Origin: Octopus sinensis
Lineage: Eukaryota
Direction: 5' to 3'
Length of the DNA stretch: 64,000 nt
Assembly (NCBI RefSeq): GCF_006345805.1
Contig: NC_042997.1
Coordinates: forward strand, 35,464,001-35,528,000
Positions 53,052 to 64,000 of this stretch are shown in pieces. The notes under the pieces were generated by a model, which was not told where the DNA came from, searched no databases, and was given only the letters and a program-made list of their open reading frames with translations. A program made the translations under genes and the position numbers. Position 1 is the first letter of the stretch, and each line of letters opens with the position of its first letter.

Positions 53052-53297
53052 TAATATATAAATGAATAAGTATATATATATATATATTATATATATATAT
53101 ATTTATATATAATAAATATTAGGGAATAAATCCAAATTTACAGGGAAAAATCAGATTTAGGATTGAATCCAATTTTATAGTAAAATATTATATTATATTA
53201 AATTAGAGACAAAACCACTATTATGCAAATCAAACAAAGAAAGACTTAAGCCAATACATAACATAATTTATATAAATTAAAATTTAACAATTAATAT

Positions 53298-53351
53298 AAC
53301 CACTACGATCGTTTCGTGTCAGCACATCTTTGAGACATTCTTCAGGTGGTT
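53298..53351 (-). ncRNA. minimal type-I hammerhead ribozyme, mirror copy (predicted cleavage after 53304 on the minus strand)
   Basis: Exact reverse complement of 53419-53472. Confidence 0.75.
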
Positions 53352-53418
53352 TTCAAAACCTTCTGGCGAGTTTTAGACTATGAGTTCATAGTCTAAAACT
53401 CGCCAAGAAGGTTTTGAA

Positions 53419-53472
53419 AACCACCTGAAGAATGTCTCAAAGATGTGCTGACACGAAACGATCGTAGTGGTT
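53419..53472 (+). ncRNA. minimal type-I hammerhead ribozyme (predicted cleavage after 53466)
   Basis: AACCAC-CUGAAGA-AUGUC...GACAC-GAAAC-GAUC-GUA-GUGGUU: 6-bp stem I, conserved core, stem II UGUC/GACA, palindromic stem III ACGAUCGU, GUA triplet. Confidence 0.75.
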
Positions 53473-53591
53473 ATATTAATTGTTAAATTTTAATTTATAT
53501 AAATTATGTTATGTATTGGCTTAAGTCTTTCTTTGTTTGATTTGCATAATAGTGGTTTTGTCTCTAATTAATATTATATATATTTAATATA

Positions 53592-53623
<32 letters not shown>

Positions 53624-53803
53624 CGCTAGCCTCTACACACATTTTTTCTCTCCTTGTTTCTCTCCTTGTTTTTTCTGTGTCCCTTTATGTAGAAAAGTGC
53701 AGGCTTGAAATGTAAAAGACTTTTTCTACTCCTGAACGTTATATTAATACATGTTTGTTTTGTACAGCAAGTGTCTTTTGTTTTTTTCGTAAACTCTCCG
53801 TAT

Positions 53804-53896
<93 letters not shown>

Positions 53897-56219
53897 TGTG
53901 TGTGTGTGTGTGTGTATGTATTATATGTTTATATATACATATTTGTTTGTATATATATCTTTTGTTTTGGGATTTGGTTTGCAAGATTCTTTATGCGAAT
54001 TCGTGTGTTGAGGCATATTCTGTTGTCTGGGTAGAGTCATTCTGTTTTAGTGTCTTATAATTTAACACATATCACAGCTAATGTTTCTACTCATTTACTT
54101 ATTTATGTTTCCAAAATTTTCCTTTCTTCTTACTACATATACATGTAGGTATATATGCAAATATCAGTCAAGTAACTAACAAAAGTCAAGTGTTGGTGAT
54201 ATCCATTAAATTTCTCCCCTCAAAAAACGCTGGTCTTGTGCTTAAAGCAGCACACATTACACAATTCAGGCTCTTAATGTTCTACGTTCAATCCCGTCTA
54301 GTTTAACATTGGCTCTCATTCTTTCAGTTTCCTTAAGATAAAAAATATCAGTGTAAGAGCTAGAAATTAACGTATCAACTAACCCATCTTGTAAATTTTA
54401 TTGTTTTGTATCTAAAACAGAAATTATTATTATTATTATTATCGAGATTGCTTCCTGTATATAAAAGAAGAGTCTGGAGTATAATTGCCGCAAACAGGTA
54501 ATTACGTTTTGATGTTGAAAACCCAATATTTTAGTGACCGCACATACCGGCAGATAAGGAGGAAAAGAAACTATATGAGAAACAATCAGAAATTTCCTTG
54601 CAGATTCTTGAGTGATGTGTTGAAAAATATACGTACGGGAATTGGTTGTGGATTATGTTGTCATAAGTGGAGATAATTACTGCTTGAACTAAATATTTAT
54701 ATGTGTTCTTTACATATAGTGGAAATTCGTCTGGTTAATTACTACGTATATATTGTGGGTGTAAAATTTAGCACAGAGCAATATTAGCAATTAACTTGAA
54801 ACTAACACAAAGAATGTTATGCATAACTTTAATTAAACAATTTCCCTATGCTGTTATTCATAATTTAGTGTAACGTTTAATAGGTAACAGTCTATAATAA
54901 CTGCTACAATACTGTTAATGACTCTTATTTATTCTTGCTTAAGTTCTGAAATTTCGAGGGAAACTACCAGTGAAGTACTATAGTCGATATAACGAACTTT
55001 GGTACTTGCCAGGTAGTTTCCCACACTGGTACTTTGCAATATCAATCCCGATATGAGGAAATATGACGTTGGCGGGATTTGAACTCAAAAAAATTGAGCG
55101 CTAAAGATTGTGCATGACGTCTTGTCACATTTAAGAACAATATTTTATTTTTTATTTAATACCGCATCATAATCATGAGAATAGCAGTAATCTATTACCC
55201 TGCCAGGCTCACGAAGTCTGGTCCAAGAAGGCAGGATTTTCTCCTTCAAACATAGAAATTTGTACAATTCTTGAAAAAAAAAACATCTCTGCGACACGCG
55301 TTTAATCGTGTAATTGATTAAATTTACTAAACACTAATGAGAATTATTTTCCTGAATTGATTCGAAACATGTTCAATCTCCTTAATTTCAACTCCAAATT
55401 TTCGTTTAATTAGTGGTTACAAATATAAAGATCGAAAGTTCCGCGAACTCTCACTAAAACTGTACTGACTTAGTCACGAAATAAATTTCGTGGTAAGACA
55501 GTCATTTCTGCGTTTATGATTTTACTTCGTATTTTTCATTTTTAATTCGCGTTTTAATTTTACGATTACATTCTCCCCTCGTTATGCCATTTAAAAAAAT
55601 ACTAAACGGCTTGATTTTTGAAGAAACTTCACTAATGTTCCCACGAAGATGAGCATCAATGTTGAGTGGATCTATGTACTAATATTCTTCTGATATGTTT
55701 GTAGAGTAACCAAATATATATATTTTTTGTATTCACGTTTGTACATATTCTGATTTATGTAAGACATTTTCGTGGCTTCAAACGTGTCCCAGAAACAAAA
55801 TTTTCAGTGCCATGCACTCCACCTCTTTGTATTGTAATTTCACATTCTACAGATGTCAACATTGCCTTTTATCATTTCGGGGTCTATAAAACAACGTACC
55901 GATTAAGTATTAGAGTCGATTTTATAGACTATTTCCCCACCTCAGAATTAATGGCACCTAGTGTAAATCTAAAACTGTTACTACTTCCAGTCTCAAGGCA
56001 TTTGATTTTAGATTTAATAATGTATCATTTAAAATGTCACCCTGTTTAGATTCATTCATTTATATTCTGATGCCAAATACTAATGGGAAGGATGTGGCTT
56101 GTTACTCTTGTACATTGGATAAATAAAATGAAATCATGATAAATATCAATTTCTCGTACATCAATTATAAGATATGAACGTGTGACTATGTTTAAAATAA
56201 TAATGTTTCTTAGCATTAC

Positions 56220-56620
56220 AGCGGCGGGCTAGCAAAATTGTTAGCACACCAAGCAAAGTGCTTAGTAGAATTCTGATCGCCTTCACAATCAGAGATCAAG
56301 TTCCATCAAGATCGACTTTACCTTTCATCCTTTTGAGGTCAGTAAAATAAGTACCATTTGAATTCTTGGGTGAATGTAATGGATTTAACTTGTCACCCGA
56401 ATCGCTGGCCTTGTGCCAAAAATTGAAACTATTATTTGCTACCTTTAAGGCGCTGGGCTGTCAGAAACCTTACTGTTCCGGAAAAAAATGCTTAGCTGCA
56501 TCTCTTCCGATTTTACGGTCTGAGTAGAGTTTGAGCATTAGTGTTCTTGTAATCGACTTGCACCCTCCCTCACAATTGCTGGCCTGGTGCAAAAGTTTAA
56601 AAGCAATATTTCTTACTATT
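56220..56620 (+). mobile_element. two degenerate family A SINE copies
   Basis: Diverged heads (gcggcgggctagcaaaattgttagc; ggcgctgggctgtcagaaac) and tails (gtgccaaaaattgaaac). Confidence 0.65.
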
Positions 56621-57859
56621 AAGAGAAATACTTTTCTTTTAATTATTATATTGGTGACGATATCCAATAGAACGAAAGTAGTGCCATAATTCCCTTTCAC
56701 CTTATTTTACTTCTGACACATTTCTTGCATTTTAATTAAGTCGGCTCAAAGAAACAAAAAATATATTAAAAAAACGATCGATTAAGCCTTTCCGCGATTG
56801 TTATTTGTTCTAGTCTGGACAGTATTTTAAAGTGCACATAACATTAATTAAAAGAAAAAATACATCTATCAAAACGAATTTTATCTTCTTCGGTCTTAAG
56901 GGAATAAATATACGATTCTGTTTTATTTAGTGATTCATATTTTATTATTTATCATCGTAAATATTTTCAGACCTACTTAAATTCTATTGTCTAAAGCTAA
57001 TATTTTTTCTACTCTTTGAATAAATAAATATCTAATATATTTTGTTTTAAAATCGTAGGTTTCTCAGTAAGGTACGTGGACATTTGAAAATATTATATAC
57101 GGAGTAGTACAGCCAGGGATATATGAAAACTGATAAAGGAATTACACACGCACACACGCACACACATCCAAATACAGATATTTTATAGAAAAACATATCT
57201 ATGTGTACGTGTGTGTATACACACATACATATGCGTGTCTTTTTCTGTAGTTAATTACGATTGAACTGTAAATTAAAGTAGAACTAAATAATTTCAGCCG
57301 AATACGATATTCATTGATGTTTACAAGGAAAAGGTGATAGTTACTCCGAAATTTCGGCTTATTCGTGGTCGCGCCCTTCTATCGGCCTACCTAACACACT
57401 ATACATTTATTGCCCACATACACGAAATTTTACTCACACACATATACTCAACACATATCATTTGCGAACACATACACAACCACACTTCACCCTACCCTCC
57501 TCCATGAATTTAACTTCCACACGCACATACACACATTCGTACACGTGTATTCATAAACATGTTATCTCCATTATGCATATATAGAGAATATATGTGCGAC
57601 TTCCGGCATACGCATACATGCAAACCAATTTTCCTACATGTACATGCAGACACATACCTCGAATAACACTCGAACTTACCTCTTCGAATTATTCTGCGAC
57701 TTGAGAACCATATGCCACATTCTTTCTTTCAGCGAGCATATAAGCCATTATACATATGCTGATGCAAGGTTTTGGTCAGTCTGGAATTGTAGCAGGAAAT
57801 CTGCCCCAAGTGACATGCAGTGGGAGTGCACACAAAACTATATGATTGGGAATAGTTTA

Positions 57860-58222
57860 TGTATCGCTGAGAACTTGGTCTTCATAACAGGATAGCGGTT
57901 TCGATTCCCAGACCGGGCGTTGTGAGTGTTTATTGAGCGAAAACACCTAAAGCTCCACGAGGCTCCGGCAGGGGATGGTGGTGATCCCTGCTGTACTCTT
58001 TCACCACAACTTTCTCTCACTCTTACTCCCTGATTATGTTGTACCTGTATTTCAAAGGGCCGGCCTTGTCACTCACTGTGTCACGCTGTATATCCCCGAG
58101 AACTACGTTAAGGGTACACGTGTCTGTGGAGTGCTCAGCCACTTACACGTTAATTTCACGAGCAGGCTGTTCCATTGATTCGGATCAACCGGAACCCTCG
58201 TCGTCGTAACCGACGGAGTGCT
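57860..58222 (+). mobile_element. SINE family C
   Basis: B-box-like ggtttcgattccc; body and tail match 22978-23290. Confidence 0.88.
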
Positions 58223-58749
58223 TCCACTTAAGAAGTATGACGTAGATAAAAATGTATTTTTGGAACGCAGTATGACTCACTTTTAAGATCAGAAACAAAG
58301 TTTATTTATTTCATTTTTCATTTGATTTGCTAAATTTTTAACAATCCGAATCTACTGAGTAAGCTTTGTATAGATTTTTAATGCATACTGGAGCGCGTAG
58401 TTTTTCAATATTTTGGTTTTAGTTTAACGTCATTAAGAATCTTTAATCATTATGAATACATAATATTTACAATGATTTACCTTTAAGATATCTCCGGTAG
58501 CAAGTCTAGATTTTGGAAAAAATATAATTGAATATTTAATATATTTTTCATTAAATATCAGGCTAGTTTTTGCTTTCTATATGCCATGTTTGATACTAAA
58601 CATTTAGCATTTTCTATTATATTCTATCCTTACTTTTTGGTACTGTATTAGATGCATTCCCCATCCTTTTACCTTATTGAATATATTTCAGAAATTTACA
58701 GTTCGGTTTTCTGTACTTAGAACTTACAATGTTTTCCTTAATTCTCTAT

Positions 58750-59130
58750 GAAAGAAACCTAGACAGAGCGGCTTGTATTATTCTCAACTGTCCTCAGTAC
58801 ATGCTAATCCATGGTACTACAAGCCGGGTAGTTATGTGGACGAAGATAGTGGAGGGTGAAGTTGTAGATATTCTCTGATAATAATTGTCTCTTTCCAGAG
58901 ATACGGCAAATAGACTAACGCTGTTGCCACATATATGGCTTTCCAGCTGCACCCCACTCCAGCATGGAGACTGCAGTCTCCAGACTTTGAATTTATGATA
59001 CGTGGTTCATCACATTGATATTACGCAAGGCACCTGCAGTGTAACTTGTCTTTGCATCATTTACAATATTCGCAATGACTCGTTGAATAGGAGACATGGT
59101 GCCGGCGTTTCGATACCCGGCGCATGATAC
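58750..59130 (-). mobile_element. possible highly decayed LINE (CR1/Jockey-like) fragment
   Basis: GC-richer block with weak minus-strand resemblance to the LxHRR.V..LSLFYRY...PP...TRL region. Confidence 0.25.
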
Positions 59131-59230
59131 AGATTGGAGATAAACTTTTTTTTTTTTCTATTTGGAATTTATAACAATAATTTTCACTTAGTTATGTTGC
59201 ATTAACATATTTGATAAGTATCTAAGGACC

Positions 59231-59620
59231 GCGTCGAGCTGGCAGAATCGTTAGCACGTCGGGTTTAAATGCTTAGCGGTATTTCGGCAGCTGCTACGTT
59301 GTGATTTCAAATTCCGCCGAGGTCGACTTTGCCTATCATCCTTTCGGGGTCGATTAAATACGTACCAGTTATGCACTGGCGTCGATATAATGAACTTAAT
59401 CCATTTGTTTGTCCTCTTTGTGTTTAGCCTCTTGTGGGTAGTAAAGAAATAGTTATTCGTCTGTATTTACTTTCTAAGTTCAAATGCCGCCGAGGTGGAC
59501 TTTACCTCTCATCCTTTCAGGGTCGATAAATTAAGTACCAGTTGTGTACTGAAGTTCATCTAATCTACTGCCCCCATCCCTCAAAATTTCGAGCCTTGAG
59601 CCTAGAGGAGAAAAGAATAT
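59231..59620 (+). mobile_element. SINE family A, long form with internally repeated body
   Basis: Head, then the ttcaaa..ccgccgaggt.gacttt...gtcga..aa.taagtaccagtt block twice (59307 and 59478). Confidence 0.88.
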
Positions 59621-60240
59621 TTGATACATCCCCGGAATGCGCTGTAAATGTTTCCAAAACGAAAAAAATCTGTTTTTATTGTCTCTCGTGAATATCTATT
59701 AATTCGGCATCAACATGTGTAAAATTTGCGGCAGTGCTCGTGAAGTTTTGCCGAAAAGATATTTAGAATCCAACACGGCCTGAAGCTTCTCCCGTGAATT
59801 CTGGTTTGGAATATCAGGTATTGTTTGTTTTGTTGTGTTTTTTTTTCAAGGTAATATACTTCCATTCAATTACTCTAAGTAGCTGTGCATTATTGTATTG
59901 ACTTCCCATCATGTGACAAATTCGATTTGTCTTTCAACACAGTTTAGTTGTTCGGAGAATTTTCACTCGACATTTCATTGCTGGTATTTTTATTGCGTGC
60001 TTTCACACAACAGAACTCATACTGAATAGTGCTATTTTCTTTATTGCATACGTATGCTTTTAGCTTTTTTAGCGTTTGAATATTTAAAAAATGTAATCCT
60101 TGAAGTAATTGTTATCATAGACATTATATCTACTTTAAGTTGTGCTATTTCGTATAGATCAATATTCAAATATTTACTTTTTCATCATTTCTACATCTAG
60201 TTTAAAAATATTTTCCTTTCATTTAATATTATAGAATTAA

Positions 60241-60628
60241 GGCGGCGAGCTGGCAGAAACGTTAGCAGGGTGGGCAAAATGCTTAGCAGTATTTTGTCTG
60301 TCTTTACGTTCTGAGTTCCAGTTCTGACGAGGTCATCCGTTCACGGTCGATAAATAAATAACAGTTGCGTACTGATGTCGACCTAATCCACGGGTCTTGT
60401 ATCTAGAGTACAAAAGACTATGAAAACATTGAAAAGCTGAGCGCTGGCAAAGTGTCTACCGGCATTTTGAATGTCTGTCTGTTATGATTGAAAGTGCCGT
60501 AAAGATCGACTTTGCCTTTCATCTTTTTTAGGTTCAATAAAATAATTAGCTGTCGCGCTCTATTGGTCAGTTGAATGGACTTGCCCCTCCCCTGATATGA
60601 CTGCCTTTGTGCCAAATTTGAATTCAAT
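60241..60628. mobile_element. tail-to-head juxtaposed family A SINEs in opposite orientation (+ 60241-60420; - 60430-60628)
   Basis: Head ggcggcgagctggcagaaacgttagc at 60241; diverged second copy. Confidence 0.65.
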
Positions 60629-62120
60629 ATTAAAACTTTGAGAAGTCTCTTTCATTATTTTTTTATAAATAGCGTCTATATTATATGAATTGAAAATTTA
60701 CATTGGGGTGCTTGTGTGTAGATAATATTCTGTAGGTTTTATTTGTAGAATGATTTTTTGGAGTTGTCATGTCCATTACTTCTGGATTAGAAATACATCT
60801 AGAGACCGGTTTCATAAAATACAGTTTAAAATATTTAGATATGTACAATGAAATGTATTCTAGAATAAACATCTCAATATTTACGAAGCATTCTGCTGCC
60901 TTTATTCAATGAGGTGGCTACTTGTTACTTTATTGGTGATTTATAGGTTTTTATGAGAGGCTATATATATGTATATACTGATAATTTCTTATAAAGATTT
61001 TATCCTCAATTGTAAATATATATATATATATACATCGTTCTAATTTTATCAGTTATTTGTCAGCCGATGAATAGGTCTTAAAAGAGATATCCCATGCAGC
61101 ATGCTAAAATTCGCACAGAATTGGTCGGAATTACCCCACGTCGATTACTTTTTAACCCTACTCTCATATTTGTAATTAAAATAATGTAATACATGTTATT
61201 AAATATAATCTCCATTTTGATATTAATTCTTATACACCATTGCATGTTTTGTTTCACGTTTTCTGAAGTCTTTGTTTTCTACAAAATTCTCAATTCATAA
61301 GTGCAGGTATATTTATTCTAATTTAGATGAAATTCTTAACTGAACCGCCATGAATAATGTTATTAACTGTTAATATCAATGTTCTCTTGTCTTGCAATTA
61401 AGTGTTGTATCCTAATTCTTTACATTATAGTGCATATTTCTATAGAGAAAGTATATTTTGATAGCGTCACTGCTTATTTATTTACAGTGTATGTTATAGC
61501 AATGAGGAATAGTCATACTAAACACTTTCCGTCGTTTCAAAACAGACCATCTTGAGCATTTTAGCCTCCTCTTTTTCTGCCATTCCATATTCATAAATTG
61601 CCATCTTTAAAGTTCTATAGTCTCAGGTACATCGAATATTTCCTATAAATCATATATTTGTTTCTACTCTATTCATTCTGATCTATTCGTTAGAATTCCC
61701 TGACTTTTCATATGGTTATACATGCGTGTACTGCTAATTTGGCATGCAGATGGAAAGAGCAAAATATCGCATGGCAATCAGTTACCTAATTTCACTCACT
61801 GATGGAAAATACAAACGTTACCGACCATCATTTTCTTCCTCCCCTTGATGGTAAAATGAGTGTCAAACTGGTTCCCGCGTTAAATGAATCACTTCACTGA
61901 ATGAATAACGTCCGGCCCGTTTTACCTGTCATTATATGTACCCTAATATTTATGGTACAATAGCGCGAAAACTTATTAGCACCTGGCAACCTAACAGGAG
62001 TTCATACAACGGCATTAGATGATTGAAGATTAATATGTCAGTATATATGTCTCTACTAGCCCACACGAATTCATTCTCTTTCATAATATCAATGATTTCC
62101 CGAGAGATTTTTTCTTGAAC

Positions 62121-62531
62121 TCTTTACCATGCTTCAGTCATTTGGCTGTGGCCTTGCTGGAGCAGTGCCTTAATGTGTTTTAATCGAAGAATTCAACCCC
62201 AGGACCCAATCTTTGTAAGCCTAGTACATATTCTATCGGTCTCTTTGCAGAACCACTAAGTTACGAGGACATAAACACACCAATATCGGTTGCCAAGCGA
62301 TGGAAGGTGGGGGACAAACACAGTGATAAACACACACACATAAATAAACACACATACATAAATACACGCATACATAATTACACGCACATTCATACACACA
62401 CATACACGACGAGCATTCAGTTTCCTACCAAATCTATAAATCCACTAACAAGAGTGCTCAGTCTGTAGGTGTTTTAGAAGACACATACCCTAGGTGCCAC
62501 GCAGTGGGACTGAACCTGGAACCGTGTGGTA
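62121..62531 (-). mobile_element. SINE family B
   Basis: Reverse-complement match to family B. Confidence 0.85.
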
Positions 62532-62589
62532 GGTGCACCAGTCACCGATCCAAACCCAGAATCTGTAATACTTTCAATATTTTGTGATA

Positions 62590-63660
62590 TTTTTCAAGTT
62601 TTGGCACAGGGCCAGCAATTTCAGGGGAGAAGGTATGTCGATTCCATCGACCCCAGTGCTCAGCTGGTACTTATTTCATCGAGATCAAGAACATGAACGG
62701 ATAATTCGACCACAACATAATTAGAACTCAAAGAGTAAAATTCAGATGAAATGTCCCTAAGCGTTTTCTCCGGCATGCTAACGTTTCTGCCCTCCCCTTT
62801 CTTTAATAAGTATTATACCATTATTGCTATTGTAAGACGGCGAGATGCGAGAATCGTTAGCTCGCCGGGAAAAATGCTTAGCGCTATTTACCTCGTCCTT
62901 ACGTTCAGATTCCGATGCGCTCGATGTTGCATTTCATCTTTTGAAGTCCGAAAAATGACCACTGCGATTAATATTGCTGGATTTGTGCAGAATCGTTAAC
63001 ACATCGGGCGAAATACTTGGAGGCATTTCTTCTGTCTTTAGCTTCTGAGTTCAAATTCCACCAAGGCAACTTTCGCATTTCATTCTGTCGGTGTCGATAA
63101 AATAGTACCACTTCAGCACCGAGGTCGATGTAATCGAGTTACCACCTCCCCGAAATTGATGACCTTGGGCCAAAATTTGACACCAATATTATTATTATTA
63201 TTATTGTTATTATTATCATCAGTATTATTTAAAGCAATTAGCTGGCACAATCGTTAGCAATCCGAGAAAACTTACGTCCGTTCTACGTTCTGAGTTCAAT
63301 TTCTGCCGGGGTTGACTTCGCTTTTCCTCATTTGCAGTCGCTAAATAAGTTTTAGCTCAGTCCTGGAGTCAATATAATCGACTATGCACCCCGCACGATT
63401 TTCAGGCTCTATGTCTATAGTAGTAAGTATTATTATCAGTGTTGTAAAGTGACGAGCTGTCATAAATTTTGGCGTACCAGGCAGACTGCTAAGCGGCATT
63501 ATGTCCGTCTTTACGCTCTGTTCAAACTCCAAGGATGTCGTCCTGTTGGAGTCCACAAACTGAGTACCAGTTGAGCATTGGGGTCCATGTAATTGTCTGA
63601 CATCCTCCCACGAACTTGCCGTCCTTGAGCCAACATTTTAAACCAATTTTATTGTTAGGA
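62590..63660. mobile_element. cluster of about five degenerate family A SINEs (first minus, rest plus)
   Basis: Repeated diverged heads (gacggcgagatgcgagaatcgttagc, gctggcacaatcgttagc, gtgacgagctgtc) and (ATT)n tail at 63188-63225. Confidence 0.7.
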
Positions 63661-64000
63661 TCATCCCTGCGGATATTATTATGTATCATTTACAATTGTT
63701 AATTAAAAATAAGCATGATGAATGTAATTTTAGCTATTGATAATTCTTAAGCTTCATTAAATTTATGCATTGCATCTATTTTATCTGTGCTTTATTTGTT
63801 CACTTTCTCTAATTGATGGACTAATGCATTCCCACCACAAAAACACGCAAAACCACAAGCACATATACATATTATCAAACACATTTAAGATATGTACAAA
63901 TACATTCACTACTATTTCCCTGGGTTTTCTTTGTATTTGGAGTGTGTATATGAACGCAATACGTTAAAATATATAGGTGCGTTTGCTTGTATGTGTATGT

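Larger units (their letters stand above)
53201..53569. repeat. near-perfect spacer-less inverted repeat (~183-bp arms), Penelope pLTR-like
   Basis: Arms 53201-53383 and 53386-53569 are reverse complements apart from a 1-nt indel (53365 vs 53405-53406); centre ctatga-gt-tcatag. Confidence 0.95.

Noticed and set aside
54440-54676. Two-exon plus-strand model (CAG|GTAATT 54497; ttgcAG 54603) giving KRRVWSIIAANRFLSDV, reminiscent of the MLCK calmodulin-binding AANRF
   Set aside because: The upstream part runs into a SINE (ATT)n tail, there is no kinase exon nearby, and the short motif match is likely chance.

Overview
AT-rich, microsatellite-dense eukaryotic non-coding DNA. There are no prokaryotic features, no CRISPR array, no rRNA or true tRNA gene, and no host protein-coding gene I can identify with confidence; most ORFs in the track are microsatellite or low-complexity artefacts. 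The SINE families and (TA/CA/TATG/TAA)n density resemble an octopod cephalopod (Octopus-like) genome, which is an inference. The window holds three tRNA-derived SINE families (>25 copies) and decayed autonomous elements: CR1, RTE, two R4/Dong-type RLE LINE ends abutting (TAA)n, a Penelope-like element (RT C-terminus plus GIY-YIG), a DD37D/maT mariner, a Tc1 relic, a Tigger-like MITE end, a tandemly duplicated Chapaev3-like transposase piece and a Helitron-like 23-aa repeat. The most notable structures are: (1) a near-perfect, spacer-less ~370-bp palindrome (53201-53569) carrying a minimal type-I hammerhead ribozyme on each strand; (2) a minus-strand AG|GTAAGT recursive-splice-like site with a 38-nt RS-exon architecture (19151-19215), plus a similar site at 4220; (3) a CR1 3' tail that matches the 3' tail of one SINE family; (4) closely spaced inverted SINE pairs able to form long dsRNA. 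All calls were made by eye; no database searches were run.
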